Assembly (NCBI RefSeq): GCF_036365525.1
Contig: NC_090417.1
Coordinates: 9,446,152 to 9,510,151 of the forward strand
DNA: 64,000 nucleotides
Reading direction: 5' to 3'
Source of the DNA: Heterodontus francisci
Lineage: Eukaryota
In this document: positions 14,536 through 28,549 of the stretch, one piece after another
Layout: every line of letters starts with the position of its first letter
Numbering within the stretch: position 1 is the first letter of the stretch
Notes under the pieces: model-generated
What the model was told of the DNA's origin: nothing
What the model saw: the letters and a program-made list of their open reading frames with translations, nothing else
Databases searched by the model: none
Program-made: the position numbers and the translations under genes

Positions 14536-16169
14536 TATAATCTCTTTCTCTCCCCCTTCCAAGAAGCCTGCTGTTATATATTTATAACAGTACCAAGAAA
14601 TATTCTCGGACGTGAATGAACAGATCAGAACTCAATACGAGTTCAATTTGCAACATCAGGAAACAACTTGTGACGTCAGGGTTTGGGCTAAAGGTTGGGC
14701 TGAGGGTTTACTGTAAGGGTTAGGGTACGGATTTAGGATAATGGTAACCAAACAATGAGATCTCTAGTTATTGATTCCATCTTCTCGTTTGCCCACTTAT
14801 GATTCATATAGAATTGAGCCAGAGAGCTGTGTGTGAATTTACAAACATCTGCTATCAAATCAGTAAATTGAAGATGTCACATTAATGACTTGCATCTGAA
14901 ACATGGTTTCAATGAGAGTTCTAGGCTTCAAACAACTTGTATTTAATATGCAGGCACTGAACCGGTATCATCCAGCATTAGAAAACACATTTACCTCGGA
15001 GGCAAATTCCAAAGAGACTTTTTTCCTGGAGTAACCAGAGTGTCGTGAGTGATTATGTTACCATTTGTTTGTGCTGCAAGTATTTGTACAGAGCTTTCTG
15101 GAGTTTCTGTTTAAAGTATGTAAGACAATGGTTTGGAGATGAGGTCACAAAGATTTGTTACTGGAACTTCTGACATTTCATTACACATGATAAAAAAAAA
15201 AGGTTTGAAATATCTTTTCTTCAATGAAAAACATGAAAAAAATCTCAAAATAAGTTTGCATTTTTTAGATATGTATGATGTATCCTTCCTTATTCAAAAT
15301 CATATAAATCAATGCTAGAACAGACAGATGATCATTTCATTGTATTCCACAGATCGAGGTTGTGTTGGAACAGGAAGAGGCCATTCAGTCCGTTGAGCCT
15401 GTTCTGCCATTCACTTCAATAAAGGCTGATCTGTATCTTAACCCATTCATTATAGTATTAAGGTTACATTGTAATTTAAGACATTGGCATATTGTGACCT
15501 TTTTCTGTGCATTTGGATTACAACCGAAACAACTGTAACTAAAACCAGAAAACTAAAATCAGAATTGGTCCAGGTGGATTTGCTGAAATTGTACTGGGTA
15601 TTAAATAGTCAAGTTACACTTTCCGCAGAGCCTGATTCATGCTCCAGCCAGAGGACTTCAAGTGATTACTAACTCTACATTTGTACCTTTCTGTAAAATC
15701 CATGAAACAACGTTGTCTAGAGAGTTCCACAGTTCGGAGAAGTGTGAAGTTTCAGCGCTGGCATTCTGTGCAGATACTTTAGACTGCTCAAGAAGATTGA
15801 GGTACAGTTCCAGCAGTTCTGTTCAGGCAGCGGAAGAAATGACTCTCATCTCAGCCTGTTTTCATACTGGCAGATGTCAATATTTCTTCTGAATGGTTTG
15901 CGGTGGTAATTGTAAAAATTACCTCAATGACGTATTCTAATCCAAGGCATGCCTAATTTTTGGACTCAACAAAATCACTTTCAAACTCAATCATATTATG
16001 GTCACTCTTCCCTAAAGGTATCTTTACTACAAGGTTATTAATTCCTCCTACGTCAATTGGGAAACACTCATTTTAACCCAATTGGATGATTCTTGACTGT
16101 AACAGTTCATCCTTTTTCCTCTCAGCCAATATTGCTATTTAAGTATCGTAAAATATTTTTAGTGTCAAC

Positions 16170-16545
16170 CTTGACCCAGGTGGTAGCACTGTTGCCTCTC
16201 AGTCAGAAGTTTGTGAGCTCGCTGCAGGAATTTGAGAACACAAGGTTGACGATTCAGTGCTGCACTCACAGACATACTGAGATCCCGGCTGTTCTGTCAG
16301 TCGGATGTAAAATATCCCACAGCACTATTTCGAAGACAGGTAAGGGGAGTTAACCCAGTGCCCTGGCCAATATTTATCCCTCAATCAATATCACTGAAAC
16401 AAATGTTCTGGTCATTACCACATTGCTGTTTCTGGGAGTTTGCTGAGCCCATTTCCTACTTCACAACCGTGACTTCGTTTCGAAAAGTATTTCATGGGAT
16501 TCAAAGCATTTTGTGAAGTCCGAAGGTTGTGAAAAGCGGTATATC
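16170..16545 (+). mobile_element. tRNA-derived SINE with Deu-domain-like core (related copies near 1310-1520, 23270-23560, 35000-35410, 42870-43230, 53480-54030, 63330-63660)
   Basis: Recurrent core cctggccaatatttatccctcaa...tggtcattaycacattgctgtt in many copies on both strands; family name recalled, not searched. Confidence 0.6.
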
Positions 16546-16946
16546 ACAGAATTAAGACAGTGCAGAAAGAGGCCATTCCCTGCACCGGCCCTCCTAATGA
16601 GCATTTCACCCAGTGCCACTCCTTCGCCTTCACCCTGCAAACATATAAATGCAAGTCTTCAGAACTTTATCGCCAATGAACAGAAGTGTTCAAGGAAAGT
16701 AGGGTAAAATCCTTGAAATGTCTGGGTGATTTTTCTCTTTGGCATGCTAGGATCAATGGTCAGAGGATTAATTTTCAATTCAAAGACACTCCAGGACAGT
16801 CCAGGAAGATTGTCAACCTTCATAAAAGCATGCGTACTGTGCTTTTGGTGTGGTATAGCATTAACACATTCGTGTTTCGGCCAGCACCTTGCGTGCTAAA
16901 GCATGCGCAGCATCGGCATGCTCGTCCCAGAGAGCGCATGCGTACT

Positions 16947-17376
16947 AAAATCAAAACAAAAAGTGCCGGAAATGCTCAGGAGGTCTGGCAGCGTCTGTGG
17001 AGCGAGCAGCAGAGTTAATGTTTCAGGCCAGTGACCTGGTAAAGGTTAGAAATGTAATTGTTTTTCAGCAAATAAAGTAGGGGTGGGGCAAAAGAGAACA
17101 AATGGGAAAGTGTTGATAGGACAGAGGGTCACAGAGAATAACTGACAAGGAGGACATGGGGAAAAGACAAAGAGTGTGTTAATGGTGTAGTGAATGACAA
17201 AGCGTTAGTGCAGAGAGAGTGTTAAATGACAGAATAATGAAAGCATCTGTGGAGACAGATACAATGTTAACGTTTCAGGTCAGTGACCTAACATCAGATG
17301 CTGCTTGACCTGCTGAGTATTTCCAGCACTTTTTGTTTCAGATTTCCAGCAAGTGCAGTATTTTGCTTTTATTTTG
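16947..17376. mobile_element. Penelope-like element (pLTR fragments in inverted arrangement) with 13-bp TSD
   Basis: Flanked by GCGCATGCGTACT at 16934-16946 and 17377-17389; homologous to the pLTRs at 57263-57815 and 60927-61153; the two ends are inverted relative to each other. Confidence 0.8.
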
Positions 17377-17482
17377 GCGCATGCGTACTGCCCTCCTCCC
17401 GTTGCTGGATGACGCAGACGCAACGATCGTATCCTGAATCCGGGACGCAGGCGCAGTGCGGGGACTCGGAGCAGTGGTCGGA
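17377..17482 (+). promoter_or_regulatory. TMED4 proximal promoter/5'UTR (CpG-rich, NRF1-like GCGCATGCG)
   Basis: CpG-dense stretch directly before the ATG at 17483. Confidence 0.55.
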
Positions 17483-17618
17483 ATGAGGCGGAGTGGCGTA
17501 GTCTTGTCAGTATGGTTGAGCATCCAGCTCGGCCTCTCGCACGGAATCTACTTTCATATCGGGGAGACCGAGAAGAAATGCTTCATCGAAGAGATCCCTG
17601 ATGAGACCATGGTGATCG
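17483..17618 (+). CDS. TMED4: TMED4 exon 1 (signal peptide, start of GOLD domain)
   Basis: [45 protein letters not shown] g|gtgagt. Confidence 0.9.
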
Positions 17619-17726
17619 GTGAGTAGCGCGGCCTGAGTCTCAACGTCCCGGCAGCGCAACGTCATCAGAGGGGACAGCACCCCCTTCAGGAGGGTCGGAA
17701 ACCCCGTGGGAGCGAGCGCGCCCCCT

Positions 17727-17850
17727 TCTGGCTGGCACTGGGCATCCTGCTCTTCACTGGCTGGCACTGGACATCATACCTCTCACTGGCTGGCACTGGG
17801 CATCCTGCTCTTTACTGGTTGGCACTGGGTCTTGTACCCCTACTGGCACT
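17727..17850. repeat. Degenerate 27-29 bp tandem repeat, about 4 copies
   Basis: ctggctggcactgggcatcctgctctt(c/t)a repeated in TMED4 intron 1. Confidence 0.7.
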
Positions 17851-19199
17851 GTGTACATTGCACTGACTCGGCTTGTCATCTGCATTCTGGCATCAAGCAC
17901 AAGATTGTCTGCCCACACCCTGGGATGAGTGCTTCACATCTGGAAAGCATGCTCACACTCTCCAGTGTTGGGCATCATGCCCTATAGCGGCTGACACTGT
18001 GTGGTACAGAGCATGGTTCATTGCTTGCCTGGTACCAAGCCAGTGTACACCAAGGCAGAAGCAATTCAGAATATTTGATACCAAACTATGCCCATCTTAT
18101 ACTGCCTGGCATCGGGAGGAGAGTACCAAACTGGTACAGTTGTGTCTGGGAAATGAAAACTGCGCCAGATAAGTGATGCGTATAGGAGAAAGAGGAAGCC
18201 AGGCCATTTTCATTATTCGCCCTTTCACTCTCTTGTGCAACTGTCTTCGAAAAGGTCTGCGCCCAAATGGAGGACGGGAAACTTGACAAACTTGGATGTT
18301 TATTATTTCAGTTATATATATGATTAAATCACAGATTTGTTACAGTGCAGAAGGAGATCATTTGGCCCATTGTGTCTGCACTGGCTCCTTGAATGAGCAG
18401 TTCACCTAATGTCATTCCCCTGCTTTCTCCCCATAACACTGCACATTCTTCCTTTTCATATAACAGTCTAATTCCCTTTTGAATGCCTCAAATGAACCTG
18501 CCTCCATCATACTCTCAGGCAGGGCATTCCAGATCCTAACCACACACTGCGAAGAAGTTTTTCCTCATGACCCTTCTGCGACATGGGCATAAAAGTATTT
18601 GTGCTAGATTTGTAATGACCAGCTAATATGTGATCCATTGAAATTATAATATGAGGCATCGGGTGATGATCAGCAAGTTTGGACCCTGCTGTCTGATTTA
18701 GTGAATGTCAGGAGCGTATTGCCATGACTATGGTCTGTCAGTGAAAATTTAAAGTGATTGGTATAAAGATTAGAGGGAGATGGGGAATTTTTTTTTCATC
18801 CAGAGGGTGTTGGGGGTCTGGAACTTACTGCCTGAAAGGGTAGTAGAGGTGGAAACCCTCAACTCATTTGAAAGGTGCACCTCAAGTGCTGTAACCTGCA
18901 GGGCTACAGACCAAATGCTGGAAGGTGAGATTATACTGGGTGGCTCATTTTTCGGCAGGCGCAGACACGATGGGCCAAGTGGCCTCTTTCTGTGCCGTAA
19001 ACTTTCTATGATTCTGTGATTCCATTGTTCCTAAGAAAATGCCAAATAGGAGATTTTTTGTGCAGTTGGGACTATGTGAATTTTTAATTTTGTCATTGAA
19101 CACATGGGCTGCACTTTTCATTCATAATTCTCCTCACTGATCAGCTTGTTGATGAAAGACCCAGAATACATTCATGTCTTTATTGCAACAATCACTGTT

Positions 19200-21905
19200 C
19201 ATGTAAACCAGGACCGAGCAAGTAGGACATCGCTGCTAGAATGGATTTGCGGCAGGTGGTGAGGAAACCAACAAGAGGGAAAAACATATTTGACCTTGTC
19301 ATCACCATTCTGCCTGCCACAGATGCATCTGTCCATGACAGTATTGGGAGGAGTGAACATCCCACAGTCCTTGTGGAGAGGAAGTCCCACCTTCACATTG
19401 AGGATACCCTCCATCGTGTTGTGTGGCACTACCACCGTGTTAAATAGGATAGATTTTGAACAGATCTAGCAATGTAAAACTGGGCATCCATGAGGCTCTG
19501 TGGGCCAATAGCAGCAGCAGAATTGTACGCAACCACAATCTGTAACCTCATGGCTCGGCATATTCCCGACTCTACCATTACCATCAAGCCGGGGGATCAA
19601 CCCTGATTCAATGAAGAGTCCAGGAGGGCATGTCAGGAGCAGCACCAGGCAAACTTCAAAATAAGGTGTCAGCCTGGTGAAGCTACAACCCAGGACTACT
19701 TGCTTGCCAAACAGCGTAAGCAGCATGCTATAGACAGAGCTAAGTGATCCCACAACCAACGGATCAGATCTAAGCTCTGCAGTCCTGCCACATCCAGCCA
19801 TGAATGGTGGTGGACAATTAAACAACTAACTGGAGGAGGTGGTTCCACAAATATCTCCATCCTCAACGATGGGGGAGCCCAGCACATCAGTGCGAAAGAT
19901 ATGGCTGACGCATTTGCAACCACCTTCAGCCAGAGGTGCCAAGTGGATGATCCATCTCGGCCCCCTCTTTAAGTCCCCAGCATCACAGATGCCAGTCTTC
20001 AGCCAATTCAGCCCACTCTTGGTGAGATCAAGAAATGACTGAAGGCACTGGATACTGCAAAGGCTACAGGCCCTGACAACATTCCGACAATAATACTGAA
20101 GACCTGTGCTCCAGAACTTGCCGAGCCCCTAGCCAAGCGGTTCCAGTACAGCTACAACACTGACATTTATCAGGCAATGTGGAAAATTGCCCCGGTAGGT
20201 CCTGTAAACAAAAAGCAAGACAAATCCAACCCGGCCAAATACCGCCCCATCAGCCGACTCTGGATTATCAGGAAAGTGATGGAAGGTGTCGTCGACAGTG
20301 CTATCAAGCTGCACTTGCTTAGCAATAACCTGCTCAGTGACGTTCAGTTTGGGTTCCGCCAGGGCTACTCAGTCCCGATCTCATTACAGCCTTGGTTCAA
20401 ACATGGACACGAGCTGAACTCAAGAGGTGAGGTGACAGTGCCTGCCCTTGACATCAAGACTGAGTATAGCATCACGGAGCCCTAGCAAAACTGGAGTCAA
20501 TGGGAATCATGGGGAAAACTCTCCGCTGGTCGGAGTCATACCTAACGCAAAGGAAAATGGTTGTGGTTGTTGGAGGTCAATCATCTGAGCTCCAAGACAT
20601 CACTGCAGGAGTTCCTCAGGGTAGTGTATTGGACCCAACCATCTTCAGCTGCTTCATCAATGACTTTCCTTCACTCATAAGGTCAGACGTGGGGATGTTC
20701 GCTGATGATTGCACCATGTTCACCATTCGCGACTCCTCAGATACTGAAGCAGTCCGTGTAGAAATGCAGCAAGACCTGGACAATATCCAGGCTTGGGCTG
20801 ATAAGTGACAAGTAACATTTATGCCACACAAGTGCCAGGCAATGACCATATCCAACAAAAGAGAATCTAACCATCTCCCCTTGACATTCAATGGCATTGC
20901 CATCACTGAATCCACCACTGTCAACATCCTGGGGATTACCATTGACTAGAAACTGAACTGGACCAGGCACATAAATACTGTGGCTACAAGAGCAGCTCAT
21001 AGAGAGATACAGCACCGAAACAGGCCCTTTGGCCCACGCCGACCATCAACCACCCATTTATACTAATCCTACATTAATCCCATTTTCCCCCCTCACATCC
21101 CCACCTTCCCCTACCTACACTAGGGGCAATTTTTTTTTTACAATGGCCAATTTACTTAACAACCTGCAAGTCTTTGGCATGCGGGAGGAAACTGGAGCAA
21201 ACCCACACGGTTACAGGGAGAACTTGCAAACTCCACACAGGCAGTACCCAGAACTGAACTCGGGTCGCTGGAGCTGTGAGATTGCGTTGCTGACCACCTC
21301 CAGGCGCTTACCCATTGTCTCTCGAGATAAGGAGGCCAAAGAAGGGAAGAGATAAGGAATCCTACGGTGAGTAACTCGCCTCCTAACTCCCCAAAGCCTG
21401 TCCACCATCTACAAGGCACAAGTTTGGAGTGTGATGGAATACTCTCCACTTGCCTGGATGGGTGCAGCTGCAACAACACTCAAGAAGCTCGACACCATCC
21501 AGGACAAAGCAACGTGCTTGATTGTCACCCCATCCACAAACATTCACTCCCTTCACCACCAATGCACAGATGCAAGATGCACTGCAGCAACGCACCAAGG
21601 CTCCTTAGACAGCACCTTCCAAACCCGCGACCTCTACCACCTAGAAGGACAAGGGCAGCAGATGCATGGGAACACCACCACCTGCAAGTTCCCCTCCAAG
21701 TCGCACACCATCCTGACTTGGAACTATATCGCTGGGTCAAAATCCTGGAACTCTCTTCCTAACAGCACTGTGGGTGTACCTACCTCACAGGGACTGCAGC
21801 GGTTCAAGAAGGCAGCTCACCACCACCTTCTCAAGGGCAATTAGGGATGGGCAATAAATGCTGGCCTGGCCAGTGACGCCCACTTCCCATGAATAAATTA
21901 AAAAG
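19200..21905 (+). mobile_element. Non-LTR retrotransposon (family B) degenerate ORF2, interrupted by a SINE
   Basis: Same family as 8641-10047: KSNPAKYRPIS, VPQGSVLDP, FADDCT, ...KAAHHHLLKGN; many stops. Confidence 0.9.
20996..21310 (-). mobile_element. V-SINE-like tRNA-derived SINE nested in a LINE
   Basis: Homologous to 25118-25477; the LINE resumes near 21351. Confidence 0.75.
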
Positions 21906-21914
21906 AAGAATTTT

Positions 21915-22750
21915 AAAAAACATTGATTTTTAAACTGTTGCTGGAGTAAAGAAAAAACTTGTTTTTAAAAAAAACACCAGATCCACAAAGGGGCCACTCC
22001 CTGCTCCAATTTAATCCACAATGGACTTTTGATTACCAGGTGTTGAAGGTGGAGAAGCTAACCTTTCAGGTTAACTGCTAAAATGGCCGAATACACAAAC
22101 AGACATGGACAGACCAGTTTAGTCACATGACTAACTGGCTGTTGGAGTTTTTTGAATTTGAACTTGCCACAGAATTTTAAAACTCAAAGCTGTTTGCTCA
22201 TGGACTGGAAAAGACCTCTCTCCTGGCTGCTTATCTCTTTCTCACCAGCTTTGGAATTCATTGAAGACATATGAACCCCAAGAGAGAAAAGTCTCTGACT
22301 GTGAACAAGGTTTAAGAAGAATACTGGGCCCCAATGAAAAGCAAGAATTACCCACAAGCAAGAACTATCTGCAAAAGGACTACAGTGAACTCGAAACACA
22401 GTAACAAGAAACTCTTCTGATATTGCCTCAAACCTCTCTATTTTTGTTCTTTTTTATTCTGTCTCTATTTGTATGTGCGTATCGTATATGCATGCTAGCG
22501 TGGGGCGTGGTGTGTATTTGTAGGCGTTAACCAAATTAGAGTTTAAGTTTGAATAAATTTCACTTTTCTTCTTTAATCCTAAGAAAGCCTGTTTCTGCTC
22601 ATTTCTTTGCCTTCTAATTGGAAAGTGGTGAACAAGGAGTTAGCAAGGGGAAGCTCAAAACACAGTGTGTTTAAAAATTACATCTTGTTACAATAAGACC
22701 AGGTAAAGGCTGAAGGAGACCCATAGACACCTTTCTCACCCGGTCGTAAA
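21915..22750 (+). mobile_element. LTR fragment, same family as the solo LTR at 56544-57880
   Basis: Shared blocks gaatacacaaac.gacatgg, ggtttaagaagaatactgggcccc, ...ggtcgtaa end. Confidence 0.75.
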
Positions 22751-23574
22751 AACACCTTCAATACAAGTACAAGTCTTTTCAATGTTTAGCCGAGTCGTTG
22801 GATTTTTTCTTTGCAGTTTTTAATCTGTTTAATACAATGAATACAGTCCATGTCCTGTCCACAACATCATTCTTGCCACACTTAATTGTCAAAGCAAATT
22901 TTTTGAATTTCATTGGCTTAAATGCAAATTTTTTCCGATAATCTTTTAAAATCTTGTTGTCCGTGTGTTACCAATTGGCTGTGGGTATGGATGCGATATA
23001 CTGTTTCAGTCACTTGCAGTACTTTTACTAAAAAAAAGTTGATATGCGCGCACACAATATTGTGTAAATGTACCTGACATAAAGATTTACTTAACAAACC
23101 TCTACCACATTCAGTAGCAATTTCAAGTCGTTGCCAGCTACCAAAATCCCATAAAGAAATATTAAGAATACAGTATTGTATTTGAAAGAGAAGAGATCTT
23201 TGATTGCTCATGGTATACAAAGTCTCCACTGAAAGGTTTTGAATTCCTACAATGCACTCACAACCTTGGAGCATCCCAAAGCGCTCCTCAGTTACTGAAT
23301 TACGTTTAAAGAACAGTCCCTGTGGTTAACTGGACAAACGCAGCAGACAATTCATGCACAAGGTGCCATATACAGCAGTGAGATGCGTGCCCAGTTAGTC
23401 TGTTTTGGTGGTGTTGGTTGAGGGATGAATATTAGCCACCTGCTCTTCTTCAAAACAGTGCCAAGAATCTTTTATGCCCACTGCAACAGGCATGGATCAG
23501 CTTCGCCTTCCATTAGTACTGCACTGAAGTGATTGCTGGATTTATGTACTCAATGGATGCTTTTTAAAATTTAT

Positions 23575-24010
23575 TTATTCACATGTCTATGTTCCTGTGG
23601 ATGTGGGCGCTGGAAAAGGCAACATTTATTTCCCACCCTTAATTATACTTGAGGAGCTGCTGGTGATGAGCTAACTTCTTGAACCGCTGCAGTCCGTGGT
23701 GTAAAGGTACTCCCGTATTGCTGCTAGGTCATGAGTTCCAGGATTTTGACCTAGCAATGATGAAGGAATGGCGATATATTTCCAATTCAGGATGGTGTGT
23801 GACTTGGAGGGAAACATGGAGTTGGTGGTGTTCCCATGCACCTGCTGCTCTTGACCTACTAGGTGGTAGAGGTCGCGGGTTTGGAAGGTGCTGTCTAAGG
23901 AGCCTTGGTGCTTGCTGCAGTGCATCTTGTCGATGGTACACACTGCTGCCATGGTATGTCGGTGGTGAAGGAAGTGAATGTTTTAAGTGTTCGATGGGGT
24001 GCCGATGAAG
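23575..24010 (-). mobile_element. LINE family B 3' fragment
   Basis: Homologous to 8641-9060 (QAPRLLRQHLPNPRPLP). Confidence 0.8.
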
Positions 24011-24335
24011 TGAGGGTGGAACCCGCAAATTTCTGACTTGAGGTGAGAATGCTTCCAGTCTAACAAGCAGTACATGATTACTGAAACACAGAGGCAGTTA
24101 CCAGGGAAAATATCACTGGGGAATAATAGTTTCTCTTGACGATAAATACCAGCCAGTATAACTATTCCAAGTTCATCAACTGAAAGCAACAGAAGGTTAT
24201 GCTGATAGCGTGAAATGAAGTATGCCGGGAGGAGGTTCTTGTCGAGCATAAACACCAGAATAGACCTGTTGAGCCAAATGGCCTGTTTCTGTGCAGCACT
24301 TTCTGTGTAATTCCTTTTTCAAATGTTTAATCTAG

Positions 24336-24436
24336 GTAACTACCGGACTCAGTTATGGGATAAGCAGTCAGAATCTTTTCTGCCCTCGACTCCAGGATTG
24401 GGGATGCATGTGGAAGTGCGAGATCCTGACTTCAAG
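24336..24436 (+). CDS. TMED4: TMED4 exon 2
   Basis: [34 protein letters not shown]; [14 protein letters not shown] is TMED4-type rather than TMED9-type; phase 1 to 0. Confidence 0.95.
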
Positions 24437-24524
24437 GTAGGGTGCAACCTGGAGTTGGGGTATGTGTTTGTATCAGAGGTTGGAAAGTAATATGGGTGAA
24501 CACTAGAGCTGTCCTTGTTGGAGG

Positions 24525-25117
24525 AGATACGAACTTACAAACATACAAAATATGAGCAGGCCACTCGGCCCCTCGAGCGTGCTCCGCCATTCCACAAGAT
24601 CATGGCTGATCTGATTGTAACCTCAACTCCACATTCCTGCCTACCCCCCCGATAACCTTTCACCCCCTTGCTTATCAAGAATCTCTCTACCTCTTTCTTA
24701 AAAATATTCAAAGTCTCTGCTTCCACTGCCTTTTGAGTTCCAAAGACTCACGACCCTCTGAGAGAAAAAAAATTTCATCTCTGTCTGAAATGGGCATCCC
24801 CTTATTTTTAAACAGTGACCTCTAGTTCTAGATTCTCCCACAAGAGAAAACATCCTTTCCACATCCACCCTGTCAAGACCCCTTAGAATCTTATATGTTT
24901 CAATCAAGGCGCCTCTTACTCTTCAGAACTCCATTGGATACAAGCCTCACCTGTCCAGACTTTCCTCATAAGACAACCCGTCGATTCCAGGTATTAGTCT
25001 GATAAACCTTCTCTGAACTGCTTCCAATGCATTCCAATCCTTCCAATATTGTACACAGTACTCCAGATGTGGTATCACCAATGTCCTGTATAACTGAAGC
25101 ATAACCTCACTACTTTT
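24525..25117 (-). mobile_element. CR1 LINE 3' fragment, same family as 4838-7006
   Basis: ETYKILRGLDRVDVERMF; near-identical to about 4880-5450. Confidence 0.85.
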
Positions 25118-25477
25118 AGTTTAGTTTAGTTTAGTTTAGAGACACAGCACTGAAACAGGCCCTTCGGCCCACCGAGTCTGTGCCGACCATCAACCACCCA
25201 TTTATACTAATCCTACACTAATCCCATATTCCTATCACATCCCCACCTGTCCCTATATATTTCCCTACCACCTACCTATACTGGGGGCAATTTATAATGG
25301 CCAGTTAACCTATCAACCTGCAAGTCTTTGGCATGTGGGAGGAAACCGGAGCACCCGGAGAAAACCCACGCAGACACAGGGAGAACTTGCAAACTCCGCA
25401 CAGGCAGTACCCAGAATCGAACCCAGGTCCCTGGAGCTGTGAGGCTGCGGTGCTAACCACTGCGCCACTGTGCCGCC
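25118..25477 (-). mobile_element. Full-length V-SINE-like tRNA-derived SINE
   Basis: Minus strand: ggcggcacagtggcgcagtggttagc (A box) ... gggttcgattc (B box); (ctaaa)n tail; short tactttt flanking duplication. Confidence 0.8.
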
Positions 25478-27547
25478 TGTACTTTTGTTCAAGTAATGTG
25501 CAGAAGTGACTTTGGTCAGACATTTTAGTGTTTCCCAATGTACAGTTGCTTATGACGTAAAATTATTTCTTGTTCTGATGTGACTCCAGCAGTGTGCTGT
25601 CCTTTACCGGGCATGGAGCGTCAATGGAAAATCATCTTTCTCCTATCCGATGGGCTCCACTGCAGGAGCACAGACTCTCATGTTGGAGATGTAGATGCCA
25701 AGTTCCCAGACGTGAGTTCGGCTGTTTGGGTAATTTGGTATCAGTCACCTGGCTCAGCTAAACACATTGTAAGCAATCCATAACATCCCACCTTGGAATA
25801 TTGGGTTGGGCACAGATGGTTGTTTCATCGTGCTGAGTGTAAGAGGTTTCAGATCTTAAACAAATGCTACGAAAGTGCCTCTGTGTTTTGTTAAATATTT
25901 TTTTTTTTGAGGATTTATTTTTGAAAGATTGGAGAAATGTTAAACATTGTGGTTTTCAAAGGGGGTCATATGAAGGCCACTTGACTTGGAAAAACAGTCC
26001 CTGGAAATGTTTTTCAAAAGGGGCACTGAGAAGTCTTGTGAGGAAAACAAGCCTTTCTGGGAAACCACCTGACTTCTAGCTTAGAGAACTTTGGACACCT
26101 TGAGAAGTTGTTTACGAAGAAGTGACAGGTCAAGATTGATGAGGTCAAAAGGTTGACCTGTTGTTGGTTTTGCTTTTGAATTGTTTTTAGTAGAGGTTGA
26201 ACTGTAATAAAAGGGAGAGAACTTCTAAGGAGAGAAGAGAACTTCCAGGGAGAGATTAGAATTCCTAGGAAAGGAGCGAATACCACAACCCAGCTCAGCT
26301 TTCTAGCACCTCTCGAAAAGACCCTGAGAAGTCCACTGTGTCAACTCATCTCGTCTCCTGTCTTTGAAGAAAAGCCTGCTAAATTAATTTGCAACGCCGC
26401 CTGAAAAGGACTGTTCTAAAAGATCCCAGTGATCTGTCTCCGTGTACTCAGGCCAGACTGAATGCCGGTTTTGGAACAGCACATATCTCATCTGCTGTTA
26501 CTTCAAGAATGATCAAGTATTCAGCCCAAGTGTTTTTTTGTCTGTAATAGAGCTCTAAAAACAAAAATTCCTTTATTTTTCCAGTTACTGTGTGTATGTG
26601 TGTGTGTGTGAGAGAGAGAGTGTGAGGGGGCTCAGGTGAAAAGGGAACTTTAATATTTCAGTCTGTGTGTTTTTGCTTTTCTTCATTCCTGTTTCAGACT
26701 TGTTTTATAATAAACCGATAATTTTGTTGTTTATTAAAGAAACCTGGTTGGTGTGTTTTATTCTGGGTTAAAAATAGAGTCTGTGATTGACTGTATCGGT
26801 TTAAGTAGGACAAAATTTAAATATATGTTGTGACCCGTGGAGAGGTTGAACTAGAATAAACAGTGCACTCCTGCAAATGAGGACTTCAACATGATTTATG
26901 TAATTGTTGAGTTTAGTAGCAGTGCAAACTTTGAGTGCATATTTTCTTTGTGTGGTGGTCCCCACATAATTAAAGCACATTTCCATATGGAGTGACACTG
27001 CTAAGTATTGCTGGATAAATATCCCAGATAGAAATCTTTAGCAAAAAGGATCAGATGAATTCAAAGTAATTGGAGCAGAGCTCCAGTGATGGGTAAAGTG
27101 ATGCTGATCAGTACGATACTGAGTCACGCAGATCAGGAAGGTCTGCACTCAGGTGGCTGATTTCAGATGGGATGGCAGTGGAAGGATTGCAATTGGCCTC
27201 AATGCACTTGGTTTAGGGAGAGGAAAGCCAGCTAGGGACCTTGCTCCTGATCTCTCTCTGGTGACTGGGGGAACATGCCTATGAACGGATGAGATCAGGA
27301 TCTGTGGTAAAATAGCCTGTTACATGTGGAACCGCACCCCAGAAAGAGTCAGTCATTTCAGGGAAGCTGAATACTACCTTAAGTTGTGAAAAGCTATTCT
27401 CAGATTTAACAAGGCAAGACCATGTGAACTCTTCTCTGTTCCGAGAGAAGGCTGCTTGCTCCGTCTTGTTTTGCGTCAGGCAGAATTGGGAGTTTGAGCA
27501 CATTTCTACTTGTCCACTGTCGACTGACTGTTTCTTCCAATTCCCAG

Positions 27548-27673
27548 ATTATCCTCTCCCGGCAGTACGGCTCTGAGGGACGATTTACTTTCACATCACA
27601 CACTCCGGGTGAGCATCAGATCTGCCTGCACTCCAACTCCACAAAGATGTCACTGTTTGCAGGTGGAAAACTG
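27548..27673 (+). CDS. TMED4: TMED4 exon 3
   Basis: [42 protein letters not shown]; cag|...|gtaaga. Confidence 0.96.
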
Positions 27674-28549
27674 GTAAGAGCTGGACATTGGGTATATCTG
27701 TGAATTTAACTGTAGGGCACCCCATCGGAAAAAATGCAGCTGCTGGTGTTGTTTCTGCTCTGTTTCATTTTATCTCAACGTGAAGATGAAAATAGTACGT
27801 TGTACGGAATAAAACGCGTGGCGTACGTTCAGCTGCTGGAGCAGGATCAACATCTGCAGCCCTGTTCTGATGCTGTGTTCCTCCTTGAGCCTGCACTGAG
27901 TCTTAATCCTGTTTTTTACTGTGGGTTTCTATATTGGTTTGTTCACCCAGTCCCACTGAGAGATTCACCACCTTGTTCTTTACACAAAGTCTGTTAGGAT
28001 CCCCTGAACATCCTGTATTCAGTATTTCCAATGATAGAATATTCTGGATAACCTCTCCGAAAAGGGCAACTAGACCTTGTGTACGTTGTTAACATAATTC
28101 AGCTCACGAGCGGTGGGACCAGAATGATAGCAGCATCAACATGATTTCCCAGTGCTCTTCTACATAGCAAGCTCCAGGCTTTTTACTAAAAGTTTCCAGC
28201 ATAAATGCATGTTTCGAATTTCTATTTTAATTCTTGCTGGTAATTTTTTTTCTTCATGAACTTGACTTCCTTCAGCCGATGCTCTCATTGTCCCATGGGC
28301 ACAGCCTCCTTCAGTACTTGAGTGACCCATGTTTCATGGCTCTGCAGCTGAATGCACGTTGTGGTGTGGTCCTGAGTCATACAGACCAGGAATGAAACAA
28401 CCTCCATCTGTATGTCTGTATGGCTCAGTACGAAACCACTGATATCAACCAGGGCTGTTAATATGCCACAATTGCCATCACTGACGTTGGTAAGGGAGAA
28501 GAATATTCTGCTCCTGCTCACTATATAGAGACTCCCTGCTGCACAGAGA

